Below, piece after piece: positions 54,401 to 64,000 of a stretch of 64,000 nt of DNA; the first letter of the stretch is position 1, and every line of letters begins with the position of its first letter. The DNA lies in assembly GCA_965153285.1 (NCBI GenBank), contig OZ229110.1, one strand, 5' to 3'. The notes under the pieces are model-generated. The model had not been told where the DNA came from, did not search any database, and worked only from the letters and a program-made list of their open reading frames with translations. The DNA is from Podarcis tiliguerta. Taxonomy: Eukaryota. The translations under genes were made by a program, and so were the position numbers.

Positions 54401-57067
54401 CATGAAAAATTGATTTAATTTTCCTGCTAATGATTTTTCCTAAGCCTCTATTACCTTAATTATCTGGACAGCCACCTATTAAACAAGAATGATCAGTATC
54501 ACTTGTTTGTTGCAGATGTTGATAGGTATAAAGTGTAATATTGCATTATAGGAACAACAGGAATACATGGAAAGCACCAAGAAAGCAATAAGTACATTCT
54601 AACTCATGAGAACCCAAGTTGCTTTTGTTTGTTCCATCTATTTTAGCTTCAGTGCAGTGTTGTGTTCTGACTATTTGAGGTCCTATTTTGCTGTGCCTCC
54701 CCTGCCCCTCCCTCCAGTTTATACAGGACAACCTCCACAAAACTTTGTTGTGGACTTGTCTCTCTGACTTGATTACAACAGTAATCTTATGATGGTGTGA
54801 AGCTAGTATGAACTAGTGTAAACTCCACACTTTGATTGTGAAGCATGTTTTGGCTGACTGAAGGCAGAGGTGCATGTGGATAGCTTGGTTGGTGCTGATA
54901 AAGCCAAGGTTGCAGGTTCGATCCTGGTATGGGACAGCTACATATTCATGCATTGCAAGCTGGGTGGACTAGATGATCCTCAGAGTTCCTTCCAACTCTA
55001 TGATTCTATGACCTCCAGGCAGAAATTACCATCCAGCACTTCCGGGTATGGTTCTATAATTGATTTTTTTTTTTTTAACCTACGTATTTCTATCTGGTCT
55101 TCTCAAATAAGTTGCTCAAGGTGGCTCACATTAAAAAACAAAAAGCCAACACACCAGTTTTAAGGATCTTAACACAACAGAATAAAGCAAGTAGCAAAGG
55201 CAAAATATGACACCTGAAAGATAACACCAATGCCAGCAGGACCTCTCTGAAGCAGAAGCAGCTATGCCAAAGAAAGCACACTAGCACATCCACTAAAAAA
55301 GCCTTCTCTTTGTCTAAGCTACCCAATATTGACCTTCCATGCATTGGAATTTATTATTTCCAAGGATGAAAAGGAACCTGGACATCTTCAAAATACTGTA
55401 TCATCCATTCATTAAGCAATCCAGAACTGCTTTTGAGAACTAGCTCTATTTTTTCACACATTTGCCACACATTTAATAATAATAATAATAATTGTACCCC
55501 ACCGATCTGGATGTGTTTCCCAAACCACTCTTATTTTTTTTTGCTTTTTGCTTATTGTTTAAATTGTGGATATAACAGAACAGAACACTTTAAGGCATTG
55601 CCCCTTCTCCACGTACGTGGAGGCATCTGTACAGCTTCTGTTTTCCAGGAGAATAACTGACACATTTTAATTCCAGGCCCAAACCAAACTTGAACTGCCT
55701 TCTGGATGAATAAAAGAGGTTGATCCAGTCCAATATTATGATTTCAAATTTTGTCAGCCAGATGATCACAAGATCGCTTGCAAAGGCAAAATCATACAAA
55801 ATCAGAACTTCTGGAACTGGAACTGCCCCTGCCATCCTAGATCTTGCAAAAACTCATGTGACATCACTGAGCCCAGCAAACAAGATGGAGGGCCTAAAAG
55901 CTATTTTTGTGCTGGGAAATCTCTATGTGGAAAGATCTTTTAAGCCCTTGGCCTTCTTACCAGGTTCTGGGAGGTTCCCGTGAGATCTCCGATGGTCCTG
56001 CGAGATTTCATGAGAACCTCCAGAGCCTATCAAGCAAGGCTCTCCTGCCTCTTTCTTCCTTTTCATTTATTTTTCAGCAGCCCACATAAAGCTATAATCA
56101 CATAAATGAAATCCACGTAAGTGACAGCTCCAGTGTATCTGAGGAGGGGCAGGGAGCCATTGAAGAGGAGTGCTCTACTTCATAAGTCTCTTGCTCATGC
56201 TGGGATGCTGCCTGCAGTTTGGGGGTCCTTACTCCAAAGGAGATGGCAGGAGAAAAGCAGAGGAAGACAGTTAGTGGGGCAGGGTGCTTACCAGGAAGGA
56301 AAGGGGTGAAATGACAGCAAGGTTGATGTGGTGTAAACACAGCGCCAGTACCATAGTCCTTTTCACCAAGGGACACCCAGAAAAGTGTCAAAAGGTATTT
56401 TACTAATGTATCTGATCCTATAAATCAGAAATCTAGGGAAGGAGAGAAATGGTAAAATTCTCACACGTAAAAGGATTCTGATGATCAGCTTACTAAACGA
56501 GAACCTGCACACAGCGGAAAGTTACTTCTCCATAAATGGTTAACTGCAGCCACCCAAGCATACATTCATTGTTTGTTGGGTTGACCATCTGGAGAGTAAT
56601 CAAGCAACCAAAGGTCCCACAGTATAAAATCCAGTGCTTTTTTTCTGGGGGGACGGGACGCATACCCCTAAACATTTTGTGAATCTAAGTTTGGCCTCAT
56701 TGAGGGGCAGTATTTCAATATGCATAGGAAAATGAGAGTACCCCTAAACATTTTTTAAGGGGGGAAAAAGCACTGATAAAATCCAAGAATCTCAAGTAGC
56801 CATTCGCAAAAATAACTGTAACATCAATCAGTGACAAATACACAATGCTCACACATTAAAAGAGAATCTGAGATTGCACAAAGTGCGATGAAATAAATGT
56901 TTGTTACAAGTACATAAATGACAGTTTGGGAATTAAAGACTCCAGGATGTGTACCTTGTGCTTGCAATGCTCGGGGATTCTGCTCCAAGCCTGCATCTTT
57001 CTAACTGACTGGCAACAATCTGCCTTTCCACCTCAAGCTCTCTGGTGAGCCTTTGAAACTGGAGCTC
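6694..57067 (-). CDS. PKP4: Plakophilin-4 (p0071), spliced CDS, 20 exons in window, 5'-incomplete
   Basis: Exons splice in frame to give the coiled coil [28 protein letters not shown], a Ser/Pro-rich head, armadillo repeats ([13 protein letters not shown]..., [37 protein letters not shown]) and C-terminal YPGSPDSWV*. This closely matches recalled human PKP4. Confidence 0.97.
8030..8149. mobile_element. Tc1/mariner MITE family A, truncated (left half only)
   Basis: TA-CAGTGGTACCTCAGGTTACAGAC... matches the left half of 548-765. Confidence 0.85.
8522..8595 (-). CDS. PKP4: PKP4 exon ~21 (74 nt, [24 protein letters not shown])
   Basis: ccacag|GG...CAG|gtaaaa. Confidence 0.95.
9301..9432 (-). 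CDS. PKP4: PKP4 exon ~20 (132 nt, probable cassette exon, [23 protein letters not shown]...)
   Basis: ccccag|TT...ACT G|gtaagg; symmetric phase 1/1. Confidence 0.93.
10313..10430 (-). CDS. PKP4: PKP4 exon ~19 (118 nt, [18 protein letters not shown]...PIIQS)
   Basis: ccacag|GAT...TCC G|gtcagt. Confidence 0.95.
10561..10645 (-). CDS. PKP4: PKP4 exon ~18 (85 nt, [28 protein letters not shown])
   Basis: tctcag|G...AAG|gtaaca. Confidence 0.95.
10735..11450 (+). mobile_element. Old L2 LINE remnant (reverse transcriptase C-terminal region)
   Basis: Decayed frame reads [13 protein letters not shown]...YIDDTQ (YADD motif region) with stops and frameshifts; boundaries approximate. Confidence 0.7.
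11779..11914. mobile_element. Palindromic hAT MITE, 136 nt
   Basis: CAGGCATAGGCAAACTCCGGCCCTCCAGATGTTTG mirrored at the right end; perfect 8-bp TSD ATCTAATC. Confidence 0.93.
12247..12442 (-). CDS. PKP4: PKP4 exon ~17 (196 nt, [12 protein letters not shown]...KGRGD), GC donor
   Basis: ccccag|GT...GAC AG|gcaagt; joins the next exon to give [13 protein letters not shown]. Confidence 0.94.
15076..15226 (-). CDS. PKP4: PKP4 exon ~16 (151 nt, [22 protein letters not shown]...NKELI)
   Basis: cggtag|TTT...ATT G|gtaagt. Confidence 0.95.
17342..17515 (-). CDS. PKP4: PKP4 exon ~15 (174 nt, WDGVGPIPG...LSAGNWK)
   Basis: tcacag|TGG...AAG|gtattg. Confidence 0.95.
17654..17845 (-). CDS. PKP4: PKP4 exon ~14 (192 nt, armadillo insert with poly-lysine)
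   Basis: ttacag|ACA...CAG|gttggt; 64 codons. Confidence 0.95.
18364..18481 (-). CDS. PKP4: PKP4 exon ~13 (118 nt, [24 protein letters not shown]...YDSK)
   Basis: ccttag|G...AAG|gtgtgt. Confidence 0.95.
22036..22219 (-). CDS. PKP4: PKP4 exon ~12 (184 nt, [16 protein letters not shown]...TTGCL)
   Basis: ccacag|GC...CTG AG|gtaaat. Confidence 0.95.
22622..22975 (-). mobile_element. Sauria SINE, full length
   Basis: Minus-strand head GGGACGTGGGCGGCACTGTGGGTTAAACCACAGAGC, B box GTTCGAAT, (ACCTTT)-type tail, 13-bp TSD TCCATTTAACCTA. Confidence 0.92.
24189..24324. mobile_element. Palindromic hAT MITE, 136 nt
   Basis: Same family as 11779; TSD CTCCAAGC/CTCCAAAC. Confidence 0.92.
25620..25743 (+). 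mobile_element. L2-type LINE 3' end with (TTA)n tail
   Basis: GGAAGCCGCCCAGAGTGGCTGGGGAAACCCAGCCAGATGGGCGGGGTACAAATAAA then (TTA)n; decayed reverse copy near 55474-55530. Confidence 0.7.
27430..27546. mobile_element. Ancient palindromic element
   Basis: Terminal inverted repeat GGTGCAATC...GATTGCACC; same end motif as 22576-23031. Confidence 0.55.
28786..28920. mobile_element. Palindromic hAT MITE
   Basis: Arms GTTTCCCAAACTTGGGTC...GACCCAAGTTTGGGAAAC; perfect TSD CCCTAAGG. Confidence 0.92.
30289..30355. repeat. Compound (TC)n(TG)n microsatellite
   Basis: Direct read. Confidence 0.95.
30831..31044 (-). CDS. PKP4: PKP4 exon ~11 (214 nt, [16 protein letters not shown]...ELVT)
   Basis: ttctag|GTA...ACA G|gtaaag. 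Confidence 0.95.
31937..32069 (-). CDS. PKP4: PKP4 exon ~10 (133 nt, first armadillo repeat [20 protein letters not shown]...)
   Basis: atgaag|A GAA...GAG|gtacgc. Confidence 0.93.
32327..32546 (-). CDS. PKP4: PKP4 exon ~9 (220 nt, ...[12 protein letters not shown]), GC donor
   Basis: ttccag|GT...CCC AG|gcaagc; joins the next exon to give [13 protein letters not shown]. Confidence 0.93.
32614..33031 (+). mobile_element. RTE-clade LINE 3' fragment (5'-truncated)
   Basis: Encodes [13 protein letters not shown]...WETLA...WR...[22 protein letters not shown], typical of an RTE ORF C-terminus with C2H2 finger; short (GAA) tail; GTATG on both flanks. Confidence 0.85.
33037..33098. repeat. (GACA)n microsatellite
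   Basis: Direct read. Confidence 0.9.
34269..34460 (-). CDS. PKP4: PKP4 exon ~8 (192 nt, [14 protein letters not shown]...YRTGS)
   Basis: tctag|GC...TCT G|gtaagt. Confidence 0.95.
35933..36148. mobile_element. Tc1/mariner MITE family A
   Basis: TA-CAGTGGTACCTC...GTACCACTG-TA. Confidence 0.9.
36340..36403. repeat. (TTTC)n microsatellite
   Basis: Direct read. Confidence 0.95.
38555..39113 (-). CDS. PKP4: PKP4 exon ~7 (559 nt, Ser/Pro-rich head)
   Basis: gaacag|GCA...ACA G|gttagt; within ORF 38550..39131. Confidence 0.95.
40338..40528 (-). CDS. PKP4: PKP4 exon ~6 (191 nt, [21 protein letters not shown]...ALVQ)
   Basis: tttag|GA...CAG|gtacat; within ORF 40284..40547. Confidence 0.95.
40632..40763 (-). 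CDS. PKP4: PKP4 exon ~5 (132 nt, LPNTGVNK...[13 protein letters not shown])
   Basis: tttcag|AT...GAG G|gtctgt; phase 1/1. Confidence 0.93.
41228..41425 (-). mobile_element. tRNA-derived squamate SINE, same family as 4305-4646
   Basis: GGAACATAGGAAGCTG...CAGACCATTGG is the reverse complement of the 4305 element tail; internal 13-nt duplication CCTGAATGGAGAT. Confidence 0.75.
41437..41687. mobile_element. Tc1/mariner (Tigger-like) MITE, family B
   Basis: TA-CAGTCGTACCTTGG...CCAAGGTACAGCTG-TA; internal sequence differs from family A. Confidence 0.85.
41955..42062 (+). mobile_element. MIR/CORE-like SINE remnant (Squam3/Ther1 type)
   Basis: CACTGGGCAGCCTTGGGCCAGTCATGGTCTCTCAACCTAACC...GGTTGTTGTGA resembles the recalled CORE-SINE consensus. 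Confidence 0.6.
43944..43978 (-). CDS. PKP4: PKP4 exon ~4 (35 nt, [11 protein letters not shown])
   Basis: ttttctatag|C TCT...GCA G|gtacag; phase 2/1 fits both neighbours. Confidence 0.93.
47785..47997. mobile_element. Tc1/mariner MITE family A
   Basis: TA-CAGTGGTACCT...AGGTACCACTG-TA. Confidence 0.9.
48335..49187. mobile_element. L2 LINE remnant with inverted 5' segment (about 48335-48730 minus, 48731-49187 plus)
   Basis: Minus part decodes (with frameshifts) as [12 protein letters not shown]...[20 protein letters not shown]...ITSVPKDLH; plus part continues [16 protein letters not shown] into the 3' UTR. Confidence 0.7.
49345..49570 (+). mobile_element. L2-type 3' end with (AAAC)n tail
   Basis: CGCCAGACAAAAAC...CAGGCCTTTGGCTGA...TGTGAACC...TATACAAATTTAATAAATAA then (AAAC)n. 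Confidence 0.55.
51788..51923. mobile_element. Palindromic hAT MITE, 136 nt
   Basis: TIR CAGGCTTCCTCAAA...TTTGAGGAAGCCTG; perfect TSD ACTATATC. Confidence 0.93.
52328..52456. mobile_element. Older palindromic hAT MITE copy
   Basis: CAGCCTTCC...GGAAGGCTG ends with the same core (ACTACAAC...GGGATGATGGGAGTTG...CATCTGGAGG); more decayed copies near 19780-19905 and 58385-58515. Confidence 0.7.
54878..55011 (+). mobile_element. SINE with tRNA head and CR1-type tail
   Basis: B-box-like GCAGGTTCGATCC followed by the CR1 3' end GGACTAGATGATCC...CCTTCCAACTCTATGATTCTATGA. Confidence 0.75.
56632..56775. mobile_element. hAT MITE (non-palindromic family), 144 nt
   Basis: 11-bp TIR CAGTGCTTTTT...AAAAAGCACTG; perfect 8-bp TSD ATAAAATC; internal direct repeat TACCCCTAAACATTTT. 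Confidence 0.92.
56955..57067 (-). CDS. PKP4: PKP4 exon ~3 (113 nt, coiled coil [37 protein letters not shown])
   Basis: ttacag|GAG...ACA AG|gtacac; phase 0/2; missed by the ORF track. Confidence 0.95.
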
Positions 57068-57103
57068 CTGTAATTAAAAAGAAAAAGAATTTTAAAATGA
57101 TAT

Positions 57104-57125
57104 ATAGATAGATAGATAGATAGAT

Positions 57126-57161
<36 letters not shown>
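57104..57161. repeat. (GATA)n microsatellite just upstream of the exon ~3 acceptor
   Basis: Direct read. Confidence 0.95.
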
Positions 57162-60100
57162 TCTGTATGTGCTGTGGGTAGGATAAAAGAAATATATTGG
57201 TCCACACATCTCAAAGCAAATAAAGGAATTAAAGTGAACTAAAAATAAGAAACAAAACCCCTTTTCCTATTAGTAAGTCATCTGAAAAATCAGTACACAT
57301 CCATGAGCAAGGACTTGCTTACCACCCCTTAAAGGCTCCTCAAAAGTTAGCCTGAGGGTGCTTAGTTACCGAAAAATATGGCCTAGTAGGATTAATGTCA
57401 CTTTAGCATACAGCTGAATGTGCCAAGGTACACATACTAAGTTTTTATGGCTTGAAAGCAGTTTATGATTCACTACCATAATCACTGGAGTGAGGTGTTT
57501 TACAAGGGAAGAAATATGGCAGCCTCTGTGCAAAAGGTTCACAGGCCAGGTTGGCAACTAGTTCCTTAAATAAGGGTCATACTTTGAAATGATATGCAAG
57601 GGCTGAATAGCTTTCACTTGTTCACCTCTGTGCAGGCCAAGTCATAGGCTGCTGAATGGTGTCAACGGTAGAGGTTTTTGGAAAAAGCATTCTCCTTATA
57701 CGTACATCAGCTGCTCATTCCTGTTTCCCAAGATGAGAAGACTTCCATCATCCATCCATCTCAGGAATCAGTGTTTGCAAATGCAGTTACCATGTGCCAC
57801 TCAACTACCTCTCTTTTTCTCTCCCCCCCTCTCTCTTGTGGAGCTCAATAAAGGAATTAGGATGTTTTGGGGTTTTCTTTACCCTAGAAGCTATCAAGAA
57901 CATATCTCAATGCAACCGAAAATTGGGCGACTATACATTTTTCTCCCATAAAATTACACCACCAGTTCCTGCTGCTACAAATCTATTTCAAGGTAATATT
58001 AGAAAAAAACATTGTAATTTTTTAAAAAACAACTACTCTGCATATAATACTGAACTCCATTCGCAAATGTTTTGTCGCTTTGGGTGTTTGCTCTTTAAAC
58101 TTTATAGGAGTAGTGTGGAAACAAAGGCCATAATCAAAAGCAGAAGATTCCAAAAAAATTGCGGGGCAGTTACTTAATTATTAGAGAACTTGTACATGGC
58201 CAAGCAGGTTCTGAGTCCATTCTTCTATAGCCCCTGCCTGCCGCCGTGTGTTTCGCTTTGAGTTCCATCAGATGTTCCCCTGGGCAACAGTGCTAATGGA
58301 ACTCCCTTCCCTGGATCACATTCAGTACTGAACCCTTTCTACAAATCACCTTTTAATTACAACTTCGAACAAATTCTGGAGGAGTGCTAACCTGCAGTCA
58401 TCTAGATAATGTTGGGCTCCAGTTCCCATCAGCCCTAGCAGGCTTGGCCAAAGGTCAGGGATTAAGGAAGTTGTATGTATTCCAGCAACATCTAAGGCCC
58501 ACAGGTTTCCTAGCCTAGTTGTAGAGGTAGCTCTTCTGTCACACGTGGACTGTAATAGTATTCTCAGAAGTGTGGCAGAAGTGCTCACCTAACCTCCCAT
58601 CCTTTCACTGTTGCTGCTTACCAAGGTAGAAGAAGAGGTCATCACAATGTTTTTGCAGTGGTAAACAGCAGTGACGCAACTGACTGGAGGTCAGGTGAGT
58701 GCTGTTGCCCCAGCTTGCCTTCTGCTATCGATTACCATGTATTTAAAAAGCCTATACTTAAGTTTTTCTAACAGAGGTATGTGTCTTGTTTGGACTGGCC
58801 AACTTGGATGCATGTTGCCAACAGTCTATGCCAGCTGAGAATCAACATTTGGAAGCCAAGTCCATCTGGCAATTCAATATCTGTGCCAAGTCAGTATTGG
58901 TTAGAATGTCCTTTCGTCTGCCTTTTTAGTCCAGTCACGTTTCTGTTCTGATTTCTAGGATAAATCTGCTTATTAGTTCACTTGCTCCTCGGTTGTTTAT
59001 TAAGCTTAAACCACATCATTTTATTTCAAAAGTTGAGGAGAGGTGTAAGAAGGAGGCTGTAAAAGCCACCCAAGTTTAGAAAAGTCAATATGACAGTCAA
59101 TTTTACTCTTCACAGCTGGTTAATTCCCAACAGCCCTCACAGACCTGGGCAACCTAAAGGTGTGGTGATTATTATAAGAATGAGATCTGTTTGGCCTTGT
59201 GTTAGAGCAAAGTGTGTTGAACCAAAAGAGTTCATGAAGCTACATATGTTACTTGCTTGACACAAACAGAACAGACAATTATTCTTTGATCCAATGGTAA
59301 AATACTCCCCACCCCCTTTTCTTCCACAAGAAATAGCCCCCAAGGCTAGAAAAATTCAAGAGAGCTAATTGCCCAAACACCTAGACATTTTTTGTTGGCT
59401 TCTAGGAATATTTTGGTTTCTAAACATTTCTCCCAGACATCTAAATGAGCCCAGATGAAATATCTCCATCTCCTATCTTTTTAGAAAATTGACAGATTCA
59501 CATAAGTAAAGTTCAGTGTTATTAACATATGACAGTACAGTTATCTGGCTGCAAACTTCCATCAGAAGGAAAATGAATGTTAATGGTTCCAATTAATCCT
59601 CTAATAAGCTTTGTACATGCACAATAAAATGGTGTTGAGTATATTATTTGTGTTGAAGGGTTTAAATCTTTTTACTGGCATTTATAGACAAGGTCAGACT
59701 TCAGAACAAACAAACATCCATTATACATCATGTAACAGCCATCCATAAAATAAATTTAATGGATGTTAGAATGTCAGCCATTAAAATGATGATTACTTGA
59801 AGACTGTGCATAAGCCCCTGGTCTCTAAAATACAGTAGCCATGTATTCAAGTTGTTGAGCTTTTTTTGGCCAAACTTGTTGGGAGTTTTATTTTGTGAAA
59901 TCACAAAAAGAAGTTTTAGAGCTCCCTTCCCCCAAAATCGCCAAAATCACCACTTCTGATATGGGTTGCCATATGTCCAGATTTTTCCAGACATTGAAGA
60001 ATGGGCAAGTTTCATTGATTTAAAGAACTATTGTAAACAATTAAACGCATTAGCAGGTTTAATATAAAACCAAGCAGTTAAAGGTGATTTTGTGGGTGGG

Positions 60101-60281
60101 GTGGGGTGGAGTAGATAGAATTATAATTAAAAAAAGATGTCAAGGGGGGAGGTGCAGTTTAATTAAACGGTTTCTCTATGTAACCAGAGAAGGAGTAGAG
60201 GGAAGTCAAAATGAAGGATACAAATATAAAGGAAGATTAAAGGTAAAGGTAAAGATTATCATTGCTAAATTTAAAACTGAA

Positions 60282-60317
60282 AAATAAATAAATAAATAAA
60301 TAAATAATAAATAAATA
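60282..60317. repeat. (AAAT)n microsatellite
   Basis: Direct read; possibly a decayed retroelement tail. Confidence 0.9.
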
Positions 60318-61698
60318 CATACTTAAGGGGTATCTGCACAACTTTCTAGCATCTACATTTAAAATGTAGGAAGCCAATGTTTCGTTTCCCCTATATATTG
60401 CTTAGCTTGGTCTTTCAGGAGCTGTGAATTCGAAACAAGATTGCTAAATCTACAGCACACTTAATTTACCTTTACTTACAGAACTAATATTTGCATCAGC
60501 TGGAAGGACAGCAGTGTTTATCACTTCATGAAGCCTGAAAGCCAGTATTTGTTTCAGTGTTCATGGCAATGCTTTCCTCACTGCTGTACCACTGATATTC
60601 TAATGTGTCTATGGCACACCAGATAGGCATGCACAAGCTCACATCTATCACTATGGCAGAAAATTTGATTATAAGAATGTGCACAACACGGAGAGAACAG
60701 ATTGGCCTCTATTAGCCTGTGCAAATCAAAAGTGATTCTATCAGCTTCTGCCTCAATTCCTCATCCTTAAAAGAAGTTGTCACTGGGTTGCATATAAGTA
60801 ATCAGTAGCAGTTCCAGGACTAGTAAAACATCTTTAAAACTTCTGAGATGAGATGCTACTTGAATTCAAGATCTCTGTTCAAAAATGTGGCTCGTCTACT
60901 AAGGAAAGTTGCATATTAATGGAGGAGAAAGTGATCTAAGCAACTTACCTATAAGACAACAGGATAAGAACATAACTCAGATCTCATGAATTTGAAAGCA
61001 GCAGTAAAGACATCCCACACTAAAACATCCCTAACTAATCAGAACCCTAGGAATAATTAGGATAACAAGCAAATTAGAGTTAAATGGGTTCTAAAAGCCT
61101 TTTCACTAATGTACACTTACAATAATTATACTCAGACAAATGTTGCTTGCTACAGTATGTTGGCATAAATATTTACAGGTCAAGCTCATATCATTCAAGA
61201 GTATGATGCACCTCTTTCTGCAAGTAACCAGTATGCTGTTGTTCAGATGATTTCAAGTTTATTAAGTCTGGATATACATGAGCCTTTTGTCCACACAACA
61301 CCCCTTCGTGTGTTGGTGCACACTGCTCAAAATACCATGTCTCACTTCTCCCACGTCACGCAGGATGTTATTGTATGCAAACCTGGGCTCATGGTTTGTT
61401 TTTCTCGATACAAGCCACAAGCAGAAACCAAAAAACAAGCCATGAGCCCAGGTTTGTACATAATGACAAACCAGAATCTCCCTAGTCTAGTTCCTCCCTG
61501 ATGCAGTAGGAACAGGGAAGGAGTGAAGTGCAAACTTTTGAGAAGTGCGCACCAGCATGCTGCTCATTCACACTAAATCACAGGTTGTTTTAAGCATGGT
61601 TTAATATGCCAGGTTAAGTGGGCCATTATTTATAAAGTCATCTCTTAAACCCATCACCTTGCACTGACGATATCCATGCAGTATAGCTTTCCTCAATA

Positions 61699-61988
61699 TA
61701 AAGGTAAAAGGTAAAGGACTCCTGGACGGTTAGGTCCAGTAGAATTTGACTATGGGGTGTGGCGCTCATCTTGCTTTTCAGGATGAGGGAGCCGGAGTTT
61801 GTCCACAGACAGTTTTCTGGGTCATGTGGCCAGCATGACTAAACTGCTACTGAAGCAGCAAGACACGGTGACAGAAGCCAGAGGAAACGCCATTTACCTT
61901 CCCACTGCAGCAGTACCTATTTATTGACTTGCATGCTTTTGAACTGCTAGGTTGGCAGGAGCTGGGATACAGCAACGGGAGCTCACCT
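61699..61988 (-). mobile_element. Sauria SINE, 5'-truncated, more diverged subfamily
   Basis: TAAAGGTAAAAGGTAAAGG tail; GGGTCATGTGGCCAGCATGACTAA and GAACTGCTAGGTTGGCAGGAGC shared with the 22622 copy. Confidence 0.88.
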
Positions 61989-62801
61989 GTTGCTGCTCCT
62001 TGTGCATCCTAGTGAAAGATAATGGGCACCATCTCGGTCGGGGGGGGGGGAGCGGGTGTCTCTCAGCACCCACAAAATTTCCACAGTGGGTGCCCAGCCA
62101 GGTGACCCAACGTGTCACATGTGTGACATCACATGGTGCAACATAAGCACCAACTCCACAGGACACATCCACGGCCACAGCGGGCTCCAATAGAGGCCCC
62201 GGCCCAGTCTCTGTGGCAGTGTCAGAGAGCAAGTAGAGGCAAAGCAGTGGGTGGCGGCAGGCAAGTAGCACACACATGACGTCATCTCACATTGCGCGCA
62301 CATGATGGCCCGAGAGACGTCAATCTGAAGCCCAAGTCCGCGCCTCTGTGAAAGATGATCACTAGGAACTTGACCCTTAATTTTTTTACCTCAGAAACAA
62401 TGCTGAACAAAACAAGAATGTAGTCGACTCCACTCCCGTTGTTGGAGAAATATACAAAATTGGCTTTTTAAAAAATCCATCTAAGTGATGTAACAGATGC
62501 CTATAGGTTTCTGTTCACACCTGTGTCTCCATCCAGGCAAATAAGAGGTATCATCATGGTCCAAAGGCACATTCTACTCATGAAAAGTATTCAAGGAGGG
62601 CACAGAACAGGATCAGCAAGAGTTGTGTCCTGTAGAGAGTCACAAGGGCCAGACACAGTGGACTGGAGGGTCACATTCAGACCCCAGGGTTGAGGTTTCC
62701 CAGTCCTGTTATATGTAATGAAATGCAGAATTCACCAGTTATTTATTCACAAATCTACCCTAAGAAATTTACACCATTTGTACTAAAAAGCTTGTGGTTA
62801 C

Positions 62802-62837
62802 TCATTCATTCATTCATTCATTCATTCATTCATTCAT
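62802..62837. repeat. (TCAT)n microsatellite
   Basis: Direct read. Confidence 0.95.
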
Positions 62838-63520
62838 TATCCCTACACATTAAAATCCCCAAACAACAAAATATCTGGTCTTTGTATGCTTTCTCAATAT
62901 ACAATAGTACTTGCTTAAAACCTTCTTAACTTGGTGGTTTATTGATTTAAGGGAAATCAATAAATTCTTGAAGTATTTTTCCCTAACAGTTTATTTATGC
63001 CCATTATTTGTTAATTTTAAAGTATTTTGTCTACAGTATATCTGAATATCTGCAGAACTGAGATCAGCCTCTCCCACAACTACACTTGGATACTTTAAAA
63101 GCTGAGAGAGACAGTATCCTAAAACCTCACAGATGGGCAGTATAAATATTTATAAGCCAAGTTTCTGGTAAGCAAAATAAGTCAAATGGTTTCACATAGG
63201 AAATAAATTCAGGATCGATAGCCTCTTCTTTTTTGCTCATCCTGCTATACTCCAAGAGTACTCAGATTGATCTAGGAAGCCTGCAATGTCTTAAAAAATA
63301 CCCTTCCACAGTTCTTCTGACCTGTACAATTACACTTACAATCTGATCTTTGTTACAATTTTGAAGGGGGCTAATCTAATTCATATGATTCCAAATACCA
63401 ACAGAAGGAAACTTCAATAATAGTTCGGAATTATTTCTTTTTAACTGAAACTGACAAAGGGCAGGGGCAACTTTCTGCAGATTCCTCTAAGCAGGTTTGC
63501 CAGATCCTTTTATTAACATA

Positions 63521-63693
63521 CTGTATTTTTCCGTGTATAACACGCCCCCCCAATGTATAACACAACCCCTATTTTTGGGGACTCAAATTTATGAAAATGG
63601 GGGAAGATGACCTCCGTGTATAAGACAACTCCCATTTTTTAAACATTATTTTAGAGTAAAAAAAAACCTAGTCTTATACACGGAAAAGTATAG
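63521..63693. mobile_element. Tc1/mariner (Tc2/pogo-like) MITE, family C
   Basis: TIR CTGTATTTTTCCGTGTATAA versus TTATACACGGAAAAGTATAG (18/20), TA on both sides. Confidence 0.85.
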
Positions 63694-64000
63694 TATTTTC
63701 TGAATATTTAATTTCCCAGGGACAGTTATCAGTTTTATTATGGGGGGGAGGGAACCAAGGGATCTCTAATGAAGTTTATTTGACTGATTCCTTATATAAA
63801 TTGAAAACAGTCTGTACATCTTCGAGGGCACATTCCATGGGATTAGAATTGGTAGGATTACCAGAGTTTGCCAATTGTTCTTCTGTTCAAATTAACCACT
63901 GCTTGTTTTGACACCCTAACGAAGACAAACCATGGTTCATTATAACTATTGTTTGTTGAAATAGTGTTACAAAACTATGGTGTTCTTTGCACATCACACT

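Noticed and set aside
1-64000. A novel multi-gene system, CRISPR array or operon
   Set aside because: The sequence is an intron-rich vertebrate locus. All convincing coding signal belongs to PKP4 or retroelement remnants, and no regularly spaced repeat-spacer array is present.
57068-64000. PKP4 start-codon exon or promoter
   Set aside because: No match found to the expected ...TILASVKEQ exon and no CpG island; presumably further upstream.

Overview
Eukaryotic (squamate reptile, probably lacertid lizard) genomic DNA, not prokaryotic. The window is dominated by one minus-strand gene, plakophilin-4 (PKP4/p0071, p120-catenin armadillo family). I traced 20 coding exons by hand from 57067 down to the TAG stop at 6694-6696, with all splice phases consistent. 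They total 3462 nt (1153 aa plus stop) and correspond to human exons ~3-22 (numbering from memory). The start-codon exon and promoter were not found and probably lie beyond 64000. Two of the 19 introns have GC-AG boundaries. Introns and flanks carry squamate mobile elements: Sauria SINEs, other tRNA-derived SINEs, RTE/L2/CR1 LINE remnants, several hAT and Tc1/mariner MITE families with intact TIRs and TSDs, and many microsatellites. I found no evidence for a new multi-gene system. The best leads are the two GC donors, a cassette exon with a ~95-nt AG-free acceptor region, a 5'-inverted L2, nested insertions and a pre-miRNA-like hairpin. Repeat family names come from recalled consensus sequences and need Dfam/Repbase confirmation.
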